From: a virus
DNA: 64,000 bases
Reading direction: 5' to 3' (one strand)
Virus record (IMG/VR): IMGVR_UViG_3300013108_000188
Under the pieces are notes generated by a model. It made no database searches, was not told where the DNA came from, and worked only from the letters and a program-made list of their open reading frames with translations. The position numbers were made by a program, and so were the translations under genes. Numbering within the stretch: the first letter of the stretch is position 1; the number at the start of each line of letters is the position of its first letter. Below are positions 30,408-39,252 of this stretch, piece after piece.

Positions 30408-30411
30408 CTAA

Positions 30412-30648
30412 TTAACTCTTTTGTTCTGTTTTATTTTCAGTCGTTGTTTCTTTAGGAGCATTGGGGTCAATTCCTAGGAACTCACAAATCTTAGCATTGT
30501 AAAATCTTATCAATACCTCAATCTTTTCCGCTTCAATCTCCAGTCTTGCACGATTTTGAACCAATTCCTGACGAGCAATCACATAATTTTTAGTTTTGTC
30601 GTCAAATTTCGTTTCATCGTACTCTTTACCATTTATCTTAATAGCCAT
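30412..30648 (-). CDS. Hypothetical protein (78 aa), coiled-coil
   Basis: IKINGKEYD start then helical segment; GGAG RBS and TATAAATA at 30671-30678. Confidence 0.6.
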   Translation of the reverse strand: MAIKINGKEYDETKFDDKTKNYVIARQELVQNRARLEIEAEKIEVLIRFYNAKICEFLGIDPNAPKETTTENKTEQKS

Positions 30649-30650
30649 AA

Positions 30651-31088
30651 TTATTTCTCCTTATATTTACTATTTATACTAATACCTGTATCGTACTTTA
30701 TTTCTTTTTCATACCAATCCCTAATATCAGGTATCATTCCTTGACTTTCATCTTCAGGAAAAGCTGATATAATAGGATTGTATATATGCTTCTTATCTTT
30801 ATATACTTCAAAGTAAGGGTCATTACTATACAATAAATTTGGGTCATTTAATAAGTCCCAAAAATTATCTCCATAATCTCTCTCAATCCACTTTGCATAA
30901 CAAACTGCTACGCAATAACTCTTTGCTGGATATATAAACTTATCTACCCTTTCGTGCCAATGTTTAATGGCAAATCGTACCGTCTCTTGTTCATCCCATA
31001 TTAAGGATATTTCTTTATCCATTAACATATCCGAGTGAGTAGGATTTAATCTATGGTAGACTTCTTGTTTGATTTTCCATTCTTTCAT
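30651..31088 (-). CDS. Hypothetical protein, last gene of the radical SAM cluster
   Basis: Overlaps the upstream gene; YPAKSYCVAVCYAKW, DPNLLYSNDPYF; no family recognised. Confidence 0.65.
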   Translation of the reverse strand: MKEWKIKQEVYHRLNPTHSDMLMDKEISLIWDEQETVRFAIKHWHERVDKFIYPAKSYCVAVCYAKWIERDYGDNFWDLLNDPNLLYSNDPYFEVYKDKKHIYNPIISAFPEDESQGMIPDIRDWYEKEIKYDTGISINSKYKEK

Positions 31089-31845
31089 AGCTTATATACT
31101 CCAAATTTCTACAATCTTCCCATTCAGGAATTTTGATATTTAAATAACTTTTTCTATTTACTTTATAAAACTTAATATGATGATACCATCTAAACAATTT
31201 TTTCCATTGCAATATCCAATTCTGTATATAGTAATTACTAGGGTGTGTATCTGATTTATAGAAAGGTTGTCCTTTATATACATTATTAAATCCTGTACCC
31301 ATACTATAGAAGTCGTGTCCAATTAAATATACTTCTTTCATATTATTAATCGTCTTACAAGCAACATAACCACTTGCAGGACCAGTTGCCCAACCAGTTT
31401 GTTCTGGATCCTTTATTATGTCTGTCAAATTATAGACATAATCTTTTGTACACCAACTTACACATACCATATTCTTTCCAGTTTCTTTATCATTATATCC
31501 GTGTAATACAAATTCATTTGAACCTGCTCTACTATTTTCTATTAGATGACCAGACTTTCTTATTGCTCTTAAATGTCTATAGTCAGGAAAGAAACCTGTT
31601 ATCATATTCTCAAAATTTTCTTGTGGTATTTTCATCCAATCTCTAAAATAACATTTAGCAGTATAAGAATAACCAGAGTTATAAATGTGGTGCATAACTG
31701 GATGGTCAGTTGCAACTAATATATCTGGTGCAAAATCTTTATAAAGAAAATTACAACCTACTATTACTCCACGAGATTTTAAATTTTTTAAATTAAAACC
31801 TTTTCTACTTTGACCGTTGCCAATACAAAATGCTCTATTTCCCAT
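31051..31845 (-). CDS. Glycosyltransferase-like Rossmann protein (DUF115/MAF/sialyltransferase-like)
   Basis: AFCIGNGQSR, IVGCNFLY..F.PDILVATD, WATGPA, EVYLIGHDF. Start reassigned to MGNRAF (31845). Confidence 0.6.
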   Translation of the reverse strand: MGNRAFCIGNGQSRKGFNLKNLKSRGVIVGCNFLYKDFAPDILVATDHPVMHHIYNSGYSYTAKCYFRDWMKIPQENFENMITGFFPDYRHLRAIRKSGHLIENSRAGSNEFVLHGYNDKETGKNMVCVSWCTKDYVYNLTDIIKDPEQTGWATGPASGYVACKTINNMKEVYLIGHDFYSMGTGFNNVYKGQPFYKSDTHPSNYYIQNWILQWKKLFRWYHHIKFYKVNRKSYLNIKIPEWEDCRNLEYISYERMENQTRSLP

Positions 31846-32809
31846 ATTTAAATTCATAAGTATCCAATAGATACCTATATCCATTACAACCATTATCTAA
31901 ATCTTTTACATATTGATAATGTTCTGTTAAACAATGTCCTAGATATTCACATTTTTTACATATAGGAGATATTGTTTTTTCTTTTTCTTTTATACACCAA
32001 TCTTCGTATTCTTTAAAACTATCTAATTCTAAAAAGTATTCTCTATCATCTTTATCAAATTCTAATACAGCAAACTTACCGTTTGGTGTAATATATAAAT
32101 GGTCATCGCTAAATGCGTTGTATTCTTTATTTAAAGAAGCAATTACTTTCTTTTTATTTACAAATTCATATTCACCTTTCTTACTACTAGGTTCCTGTAC
32201 TAATAATTCTAAAACATAATCTTCAAATTGTGCGTGGGTTACTCCTTGGTCATTTGCTTGATTAGCACTATAAGGTTTTAATTCTACACTTTTAAAATGA
32301 GATTTGCCATTATTTGCTTTTGCAGATTCAAAGTCAATTCTATTAAACATAGTCCACCAATGTTCTTTAGAGTGAGACATTACTTCTTTTGTTCCTAAAC
32401 ATAATACAGAAAAGTCAACTGGCAGTTTTGCCATATTTTCTCTAACTTTATGATAGTCTTGTCTAGTTTCTATATCCCAACTAACACTTAAATAATAATC
32501 AGGATAAAAAAATTCTTCTCTTAATACAGAAAGGTTTGTGTTGATATTGATTTTATCTTTATAATATAATCTAATAACTTCTGTTATATTCTTTAATTGT
32601 TCTTTCTTTAATATACCAATCTCACCACCATATAAATCAATATGATTAATTTCTCTATGAGCAGAAACTTCTGCTAGTAATTCATTTAATCTTTCATCAC
32701 TTATAGTTTTAGTATCACCTAATTGCTCAGGTGTAAGATAACACCAAGAACATCTAAAATTACAATGATAAGATGGATTAATTGATAAATTAATTTTCTG
32801 CTTCGTCAT
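31835..32809 (-). CDS. Radical SAM enzyme with C-terminal Cys cluster (SPASM/twitch-like)
   Basis: CNFRCSWC (CxxxCxxC), YGGE, NTNL, C-terminal CKKCEYLGHC...GC. Confidence 0.9.
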   Translation of the reverse strand: MTKQKINLSINPSYHCNFRCSWCYLTPEQLGDTKTISDERLNELLAEVSAHREINHIDLYGGEIGILKKEQLKNITEVIRLYYKDKININTNLSVLREEFFYPDYYLSVSWDIETRQDYHKVRENMAKLPVDFSVLCLGTKEVMSHSKEHWWTMFNRIDFESAKANNGKSHFKSVELKPYSANQANDQGVTHAQFEDYVLELLVQEPSSKKGEYEFVNKKKVIASLNKEYNAFSDDHLYITPNGKFAVLEFDKDDREYFLELDSFKEYEDWCIKEKEKTISPICKKCEYLGHCLTEHYQYVKDLDNGCNGYRYLLDTYEFKYGK

Positions 32810-32894
32810 AATCTAAATCCTCAAATAATGGAGTAATACCGTATACTTCTTTTTCCATCTGTTGTATAAATTTAAAAAAATCTAATTCACTCAT
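32790..32894 (-). CDS. Small acidic peptide (34 aa)
   Basis: Manual translation MSELDFFKFIQQMEKEVYGITPLFEDLDYDEAEN; ATGA overlap with the upstream stop; fills the only gap in the cluster. Confidence 0.55.
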   Translation of the reverse strand: MSELDFFKFIQQMEKEVYGITPLFEDLDYDEAEN

Positions 32895-33412
32895 ATGTTA
32901 TAATCAAAATATCCTGTTATTCGTTCAACACCTATTGGTCTAAAAGCACCAACTTTGTGTTCCCATTGTTTTTTGTGGTTCAATATTATAATATCTGTCT
33001 TGCCTGGGTACAAGTATGCAGATAAACTTTTTGTAATAGCACTTCTTACTTCTAATTGTCCTCCTGTATCAGGATTACTTGCAGAAGTAAAATAGATAAG
33101 AGCAGCTATATTAGCTCCTTCTTTATTATCATTATGCCATTTCAAAGAACCTTTGTCTACTCCATTAATAATTTCTGGTTGTCCCCATAAAGTATAATTG
33201 TTAGACAATTGTTTAATATATTTATCACCCAAATAAGTATGGCACATTTTGAGAGCATTCTCAACTTCTGGAGTATGTATTGCTACTTTGTAACCTTCTA
33301 TTTCTTTAAATGGTATTTCAACACCTTCAAAAAATCTAAATGGCATTGGATCCGCTGTAGGCCAAACTCCATTAATTAAAACATTTTCTATATTGGAACC
33401 ACTTCTCATCAT
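32891..33412 (-). CDS. 2OG-Fe(II) oxygenase
   Basis: WHND, ALIYF, GGQLE, WEHKV, RITGYF. Confidence 0.8.
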   Translation of the reverse strand: MMRSGSNIENVLINGVWPTADPMPFRFFEGVEIPFKEIEGYKVAIHTPEVENALKMCHTYLGDKYIKQLSNNYTLWGQPEIINGVDKGSLKWHNDNKEGANIAALIYFTSASNPDTGGQLEVRSAITKSLSAYLYPGKTDIIILNHKKQWEHKVGAFRPIGVERITGYFDYNI

Positions 33413-34497
33413 CGTGCCTCGCTTATGTACGGTGTCATTTGTAAAGTACTTCCATTTGCTTTTAGTATATCAGGTCCTATTCGTTTCATCTTCTCACAAT
33501 GTTTCTCTATTGTTCCAGCGTGTTGATAATCTTTTATTGTCTTTCTACAACCATTACATATATTAAACATTGGACAAGTAAAACATCCTTGTTTCATACT
33601 ATTTAATGAAAGGTCATCTTGTAATGGTGTAAAAAATTCACCTTTCATTTCTCTTTTAAAATCTATTTCTTTATCTCTATCATCACCAAAAGCACCACAA
33701 CTATAATAGTCTCCATCGGGTTGCAAACATCTTATACCTTCATCACACTTTCTACTTAAAGGACAAGTCGTACTACAATCACTAATAGTCAACATCATTT
33801 GTTTCGTATTAAATTCCCAAGGTGCTAAACCTAGATTATATATTTTAGTATATATCTCATATATATCTGATAATAAAAATGGTTCTTTTTGCTCACCACT
33901 CATCATTGCATAGTTTAATTTACATTCAACACCTGTCTTTTCTTCTCTATATAAATTATGTAAAGTACCTTTTGGCTCGTTATCTTCTGACATAAACTTT
34001 GCTAACTCAACATTTTTAATTGCGTTGTGTTCGTTCTCTCTTGTTATAACAGAAATAAAGTCTGGTCTATAATCACAATACTTTAACATTGCGTCTGAAC
34101 ATTGCCAAAAGTCGTCTTCTGTAAATTCTGAATAGTCTCCTTTTAATCTTCCACCACCATATTGAAAAGAAGTGGTTACTCCTATTCTTTTATCATTAAA
34201 CAAGTCTACCCACAAACTAGGTTTCTTTAAGAACGGCCATAAGTTTGTTGTTAAAGAAATTGATGTTGCATAGTCTCTTTCATCTAACCATCTAATAATC
34301 TTCCAATAGTATTCAGGTTCCATCATTAAAGGATCCCCACCATTTACTATAATAGTTTTAGTATGAGGAAATCTTGTTAAGAACTCAAATATTTGTTCGT
34401 GTTTTAACCAATTCTTTTTCTCTTTTGTTAATTGAGTACTTGAACAAAATGAACATTTGAAATTACATAATTCAGTAGGTTTAATTATTAAATCCAT
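33409..34497 (-). CDS. Radical SAM/SPASM enzyme
   Basis: IKPTELCNFKCSFC, NGGDPL, TTNL; CPLSRKC...YSCG and CFTCPMFNICNGC...HC. Start taken at MDLIIK (34497). Confidence 0.92.
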   Translation of the reverse strand: MDLIIKPTELCNFKCSFCSSTQLTKEKKNWLKHEQIFEFLTRFPHTKTIIVNGGDPLMMEPEYYWKIIRWLDERDYATSISLTTNLWPFLKKPSLWVDLFNDKRIGVTTSFQYGGGRLKGDYSEFTEDDFWQCSDAMLKYCDYRPDFISVITRENEHNAIKNVELAKFMSEDNEPKGTLHNLYREEKTGVECKLNYAMMSGEQKEPFLLSDIYEIYTKIYNLGLAPWEFNTKQMMLTISDCSTTCPLSRKCDEGIRCLQPDGDYYSCGAFGDDRDKEIDFKREMKGEFFTPLQDDLSLNSMKQGCFTCPMFNICNGCRKTIKDYQHAGTIEKHCEKMKRIGPDILKANGSTLQMTPYISEAR

Positions 34498-35066
34498 ATT
34501 GGTTCTGTCTTTGGTTGGTCTTTTACTTGCCATCCTAATACTAAAGATGTTCTAGGATTTTCTCCGAAGTATGGTTTAACTCTATGTACTAAAAACCCAG
34601 GAAACATTATAAATCTATTAGGCACAGGATTAATGTTTATTGTATTATAAGGATATTCAGCAAAAGTTAGATTTTTATATATACTTAATTCACCACCTAC
34701 CCATTTTTCAGGTGTATAATCACTTTCTATATAATAGATTGCAGAAATAAAAGCACCTTCAACTTGGTCGTGGTGTGGTTCATATAAATGATTGGTCACA
34801 CTAGACTTATCATACTTCTTTAATCTACCTTTTTGAAAATTAGATAACTCTAAATTATTATAGTCTATATTATTTGAGGCACAATAATTTAATAGTGTTG
34901 CATTTGCAATCTTACCAAATTCATTTTGAGAATAAGTAAGATTAAATGTATCTTGTCCTTTAATTGTACTATCAATTTTACTTTCATCTTTTAACCAACC
35001 AATCAATTCTTTATCAGTTAAAAAATCATCAATTACATTTATTGTATCTGTAAATTTAATTTCCAT
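34488..35066 (-). CDS. 2OG-Fe(II) oxygenase (prolyl-hydroxylase-like)
   Basis: PHHD, SAIYY, GGEL, NRFIMFPGFLVHRV, RTSLV. Confidence 0.85.
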   Translation of the reverse strand: MEIKFTDTINVIDDFLTDKELIGWLKDESKIDSTIKGQDTFNLTYSQNEFGKIANATLLNYCASNNIDYNNLELSNFQKGRLKKYDKSSVTNHLYEPHHDQVEGAFISAIYYIESDYTPEKWVGGELSIYKNLTFAEYPYNTININPVPNRFIMFPGFLVHRVKPYFGENPRTSLVLGWQVKDQPKTEPIWI

Positions 35067-35652
35067 ATAATTTAATCCAATCTAAACCAGTTGTAGTATC
35101 TTTATCTCTAATCCAAAAGTGTTCATATATTACATCTTTATGAAAACCAAATTGTTGCATTATCTCTCTATGATATGGTTCCTTTTGTGCTTTCATTTGA
35201 TTCATAGATAAGTGTAAGTAATCAAAATAAGTACCAGAAGGACATAATATTCTTCTATCTTTAAATATATTAATTGTTTCACACCACATTGTTCTTATTA
35301 AGTGTCTTCTTTCTACTGGACTTTTACTTCTCATATAACCAGGATACTTTAAAGACCCTACTATAACATAATCATCATAGATATGAAACATACCTACACC
35401 TTTTATAAAAGTATTAGGTGTTTTATTATGTACCCACATCTTTTCACCTATATTCTTTTCTGCTAGATTATAAGTTTCAATATCTTCTTCTTTCTTACCT
35501 AACCATAAAAATAAATGTGCTTGTCTGCCATCTATTCTAGGTATAAATGGTCTTTGAATTGGAAACTCATCTAATTGTATTTCAATGTCTGTATTATTAA
35601 TTTTAAGTTTTGAAATATCAGGTTGCGACAAAGTTTCTTTGTATTCGTACAT
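35056..35652 (-). CDS. Hypothetical protein in the radical SAM cluster
   Basis: ORF overlapping both neighbours; no family recognised; start MYEYK assumed. Confidence 0.6.
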   Translation of the reverse strand: MYEYKETLSQPDISKLKINNTDIEIQLDEFPIQRPFIPRIDGRQAHLFLWLGKKEEDIETYNLAEKNIGEKMWVHNKTPNTFIKGVGMFHIYDDYVIVGSLKYPGYMRSKSPVERRHLIRTMWCETINIFKDRRILCPSGTYFDYLHLSMNQMKAQKEPYHREIMQQFGFHKDVIYEHFWIRDKDTTTGLDWIKLYGN

Positions 35653-36670
35653 CTTCAATATATCTGTGCGTAAGTTTGTAAACACATTCATCCAATTCTT
35701 CCCTCCATTTATAATCGTGGTTCATAAAGCATCCTAAAGTACATCTATCTAAAAATTCACAACTAGCACAATTATATTTTTCTAAAAATTTATTTTCAAT
35801 AATTGAATTGTCCTTTTTCTTTATAGGTGAGCTATACATTACTAAATCTTTTGGGTCCTGTACAAGATTACCACATTGACATAATGTATTATCTTGTAAT
35901 ATTAATTTACTTGTTCTACAACTAGCATAATTTCTTTTGTTAAATATCCATTCTCTTACAGGAGAACATTGTGGATAGTTATCTATTATATACTTAAAAA
36001 ACTTAAATAATTCTGTATCACTTGGCATAAAATATTTTGCGTGTTGGTCTGGTGTATAATAATCAAAGTAAATCTCATAACCTTCATTATATAAATGTTT
36101 GAAGTATGGGTCGCCTTCTTCTAAATGATATTTTATCATTGGTTTAGTTATTAACATTGAAAAAGATTTTATTTCTTTTCCCCAATAGATTACTTGTTGT
36201 TTAAATCGTTCTAAATCTTTTTTATTAAATCTGCCTCTCGGGTCATAACTTGTAGTAATTGTTGCTTCAATACCTTCGTGTTCGGACCAACTTAATAAAT
36301 CTCTTAATAAGTCATTACCTTCATCACTCATAATCAAATTAGTAACCCAATTAATTCTAACTTTCTTCTCATAGTGTTCGCATATCTTTTGTATGCCTTT
36401 TGATAAAGTTTTATATGCTTGATTTAATTCTTTGTTATAGATTGCAGGTGCAAAGACTTCACCACCCATAATATTAAATACAACCTTCATCATCATTTCG
36501 GATTTGATAAATTTTTCTACAGGAACTATTTTATTGATTACGGTATCTATTCCAACCGTGTCATCGTGGTTTTGCCAACAGAAAGCACATCTTAAATTAC
36601 AAAATTCAAATAAATGAATTGTGTACTCTTGTTCTGGATCTCTTTTGGGGTCTATTAAAAACTCTCGCAT
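35618..36670 (-). CDS. Radical SAM/SPASM-like enzyme
   Basis: HLFEFCNLRCAFC, MGGE, VTNL, TSYDP.GRF; C-terminal SC...CQCG and CASCEFLDRCTLGC...EC. Confidence 0.9.
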   Translation of the reverse strand: MREFLIDPKRDPEQEYTIHLFEFCNLRCAFCWQNHDDTVGIDTVINKIVPVEKFIKSEMMMKVVFNIMGGEVFAPAIYNKELNQAYKTLSKGIQKICEHYEKKVRINWVTNLIMSDEGNDLLRDLLSWSEHEGIEATITTSYDPRGRFNKKDLERFKQQVIYWGKEIKSFSMLITKPMIKYHLEEGDPYFKHLYNEGYEIYFDYYTPDQHAKYFMPSDTELFKFFKYIIDNYPQCSPVREWIFNKRNYASCRTSKLILQDNTLCQCGNLVQDPKDLVMYSSPIKKKDNSIIENKFLEKYNCASCEFLDRCTLGCFMNHDYKWREELDECVYKLTHRYIEDVRIQRNFVAT

Positions 36671-36678
36671 TTAAACTC

Positions 36679-37794
36679 CTATGAGTTTGCGAATAGTCTG
36701 TATTTTCCTAGTGTATCTGAATCATTATCTTTCTTTAAAGAAAGAAGATATTGAATAAATGAGTAATTAACATTACCAACATCAAATCTTGGAATATACG
36801 CCAAAGATGGACTATTCGTCACCGCTTCATTAATTATTGTATCAAAATCACTTTTAGACAAAGAAGTATTACACGCCTTGTCAAAGTGTGCCATTGAATA
36901 ATCTGGATTTGGGATATTTTGTAAAGTTTGTATTGTAGTAATTAAATTTTTTAATGCAGTTTGTTTTTCACTTGACAAATTATCTATTGTTATTGTATTC
37001 ACATATCCAGCATTTGCAACAGGTCTAGCAGTAAAAACTTCTTCATCAGCAAAGGCAGACAATTCTGAAATTCCTTCAAAAGGATTATCAGCATTTATTA
37101 CAACATCACTTTCAGAATAACCTACAGCAGTTTGTTGCGACCTATTTAAAAGATTTAATAAAGTATCTTCTCTAACATCTGTTAGTATTTCTTTATAAAA
37201 TCTTTGTAAGAACATATGATAAGAAGAAAGTAAATTATCTTCGTGTGTATCAGCACCAGCAAAATACTCTCCAAGCAATAATTCAATTGAGAAATTTAAA
37301 TTAAGCGCTTTGATTCTATCTAATTCTAAAGTAGGTAAAACATCAGCATATCCTTTAACATTTCCTAAACCTGCATTTAGTTTAGTTAAGTCTAAAATAT
37401 GTGTTGGTTGGCATTGTGTATTTGCAATAATTCTTTCGTTGTGTAAATGTATGTCTAGGTATTTAACAATACTATCACTATCGCCAAAAGGTAAAATAGT
37501 TTTTAACCATATAACAGATAATTCTAAAAATGCTTGTGTATCACAATATATAACAACTTTACTATTCAATGATTTTTGTTTCTGACATACATCTTCAAAG
37601 AAACCAGTTAAGTCATCAAACTTACCTGTCATTTCATTTCTATTTTTAGCATAGTTAATTAGTGTGCCTCTATAAGCATTACCTAATTCTGATAACATTG
37701 GATTTCCTTTTTCTTCGGAAATAACATATCTATGTGTATGACAATCTATTGAATCGTCAAATTGTAAATAAACTTTATTAAACAGGTGTAGCAT
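36679..37794 (-). CDS. Hypothetical protein (371 aa) in the radical SAM cluster
   Basis: Long ORF coupled to its neighbours; no family recognised. Confidence 0.7.
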   Translation of the reverse strand: MLHLFNKVYLQFDDSIDCHTHRYVISEEKGNPMLSELGNAYRGTLINYAKNRNEMTGKFDDLTGFFEDVCQKQKSLNSKVVIYCDTQAFLELSVIWLKTILPFGDSDSIVKYLDIHLHNERIIANTQCQPTHILDLTKLNAGLGNVKGYADVLPTLELDRIKALNLNFSIELLLGEYFAGADTHEDNLLSSYHMFLQRFYKEILTDVREDTLLNLLNRSQQTAVGYSESDVVINADNPFEGISELSAFADEEVFTARPVANAGYVNTITIDNLSSEKQTALKNLITTIQTLQNIPNPDYSMAHFDKACNTSLSKSDFDTIINEAVTNSPSLAYIPRFDVGNVNYSFIQYLLSLKKDNDSDTLGKYRLFANS

Positions 37795-38470
37795 TTAAGT
37801 TTCCTATATCTTCTTTTTTAGCTTGGTTATATTTTTTAATATCAAATTTACCTTCGGCAACTGCCCAAGTCATCAAAAACATAGGGTTTTCTTTTACACC
37901 CCAATAATCAAATAGACTTTTGCCTTTAAACATATATTCTGTAAAGTATTTAGTATAGTATCTAACATTCTTTTCGTTAGATTTATTATAATAAAAATAA
38001 AAATCTTTATGTTTCAATAGACTAACAAAGTTAATACCTTTTACATCATTACTATCGTCTTTAGGATAACTATCAACAAAGTCTTTAAAAGCACCTTCTC
38101 CTATGATAGACATATTATATAAAGGTAGACTTTCTAATTTGTTTGCCCATTGTTCTATTATTTCTAAATTTTGAGAAATAAAAGCACCGTGAACTACATT
38201 TTTTATTAAACCTTTATGTTCAAAAAGAACTTGCATAGCAACTCTTTCTAACATCGGTATATTTACTAACATTTGTGTTTCAAAATATGCTAATAGTAAT
38301 TCATCATCATAGTTTGATATATCGCAAGGTATATCTAAATTGCTTATATAAGTTAAGAACTGAGCACCTTTTAATTTACTCTTTTCATAATCTATATTAT
38401 AAGTTTCAGTTTTATCTTCAAAATATTTTTTTAAATTTTTCAATTCAATTGGTACTATAGTTTCAATCAT
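37778..38470 (-). CDS. Hypothetical protein in the radical SAM cluster
   Basis: TAATG coupling to the stop of the CHSS-repeat gene gives start MIETIV (38470). Confidence 0.7.
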   Translation of the reverse strand: MIETIVPIELKNLKKYFEDKTETYNIDYEKSKLKGAQFLTYISNLDIPCDISNYDDELLLAYFETQMLVNIPMLERVAMQVLFEHKGLIKNVVHGAFISQNLEIIEQWANKLESLPLYNMSIIGEGAFKDFVDSYPKDDSNDVKGINFVSLLKHKDFYFYYNKSNEKNVRYYTKYFTEYMFKGKSLFDYWGVKENPMFLMTWAVAEGKFDIKKYNQAKKEDIGNLNATPV

Positions 38471-39252
38471 TATCTTCTGCTCCTGCTTCCGTGGCAACTA
38501 GAGTGGCAACTTGAATGGCAAATAGTTTTTGTCAATGTATAAGTTGTTCCTCTTTCAGTATTATATGTGTTTGCAAGTGTGGACATATAGCTCTCTAAAC
38601 TATTTGAACTAGCAACCGCTCCTGTTGTTAATGACGCAGGTTGCGAAATAGTTGGACTTGTTCTTTGTGCTGTTGGTAAGTGTGCAATTTGTGTATCTGA
38701 ATATTGTTGACCAGCGCCTGTCATATTTACAACAGCATTACAATTTTTAATATTAGTGTAAAGCAACATTTCTTGTTTTAATGTATTGTAGATATTGAAA
38801 GCGTGAATATTGGTTCCTGTTGAACCTATAGTAGTACCTACGATACCAATACTAACTGCTGATATTTCTGTCATTGTTGAAATTGTTCCTGTTGCACCAG
38901 AATTAGTTCCTGATAAAATATCATTTTGTAAAAAATTCGTTTGTCCAGAACCTGGAGTTATTTGTTTTGCTTTTAATGTACCTGTAGATGAATCCCAAGA
39001 TACAACCGTTCCTACCGTATTTGAAATAGAACCTGTAACCGTTTCGCCAACGGAATAATTAGTAGCACTTACATTAGTTAATACTAAAGACATACCATCT
39101 ACCACTCCACCAAAATCTGAAGTAGTAAATGCTGAGTGTCCTGGTAAAGAATCTGTTCCCCATACTATATTAGTATCAGCAACATCTGTTACCAATTCTT
39201 CAAATCTATCTACAATGTTTTGTGCCGTTATCGGACTTGTTAATGTTACCAT
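38470..39252 (-). CDS. Virion-like protein with C-terminal CHSS repeat; candidate radical SAM substrate
   Basis: T/S/G-rich; internal YSVGETVTGSISNTVGTVVSWDS module resembling gp7/gp8; ends TICHSSCHSSCHGSRSRR. Confidence 0.75.
   Translation of the reverse strand: MVTLTSPITAQNIVDRFEELVTDVADTNIVWGTDSLPGHSAFTTSDFGGVVDGMSLVLTNVSATNYSVGETVTGSISNTVGTVVSWDSSTGTLKAKQITPGSGQTNFLQNDILSGTNSGATGTISTMTEISAVSIGIVGTTIGSTGTNIHAFNIYNTLKQEMLLYTNIKNCNAVVNMTGAGQQYSDTQIAHLPTAQRTSPTISQPASLTTGAVASSNSLESYMSTLANTYNTERGTTYTLTKTICHSSCHSSCHGSRSRR
38491..38520 (-). repeat. 12-nt-period coding repeat encoding CHSSCHSSCH
   Basis: The + strand reads gtggcaactaga gtggcaacttga atggca. Confidence 0.85.

Noticed and set aside
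38491-38520. CHSSCH as a canonical c-type cytochrome motif, or the DNA repeat as a CRISPR
   Set aside because: The spacing is CX3CH, not CxxCH, with no signal peptide; the DNA repeat is a 12-nt coding repeat without spacers.
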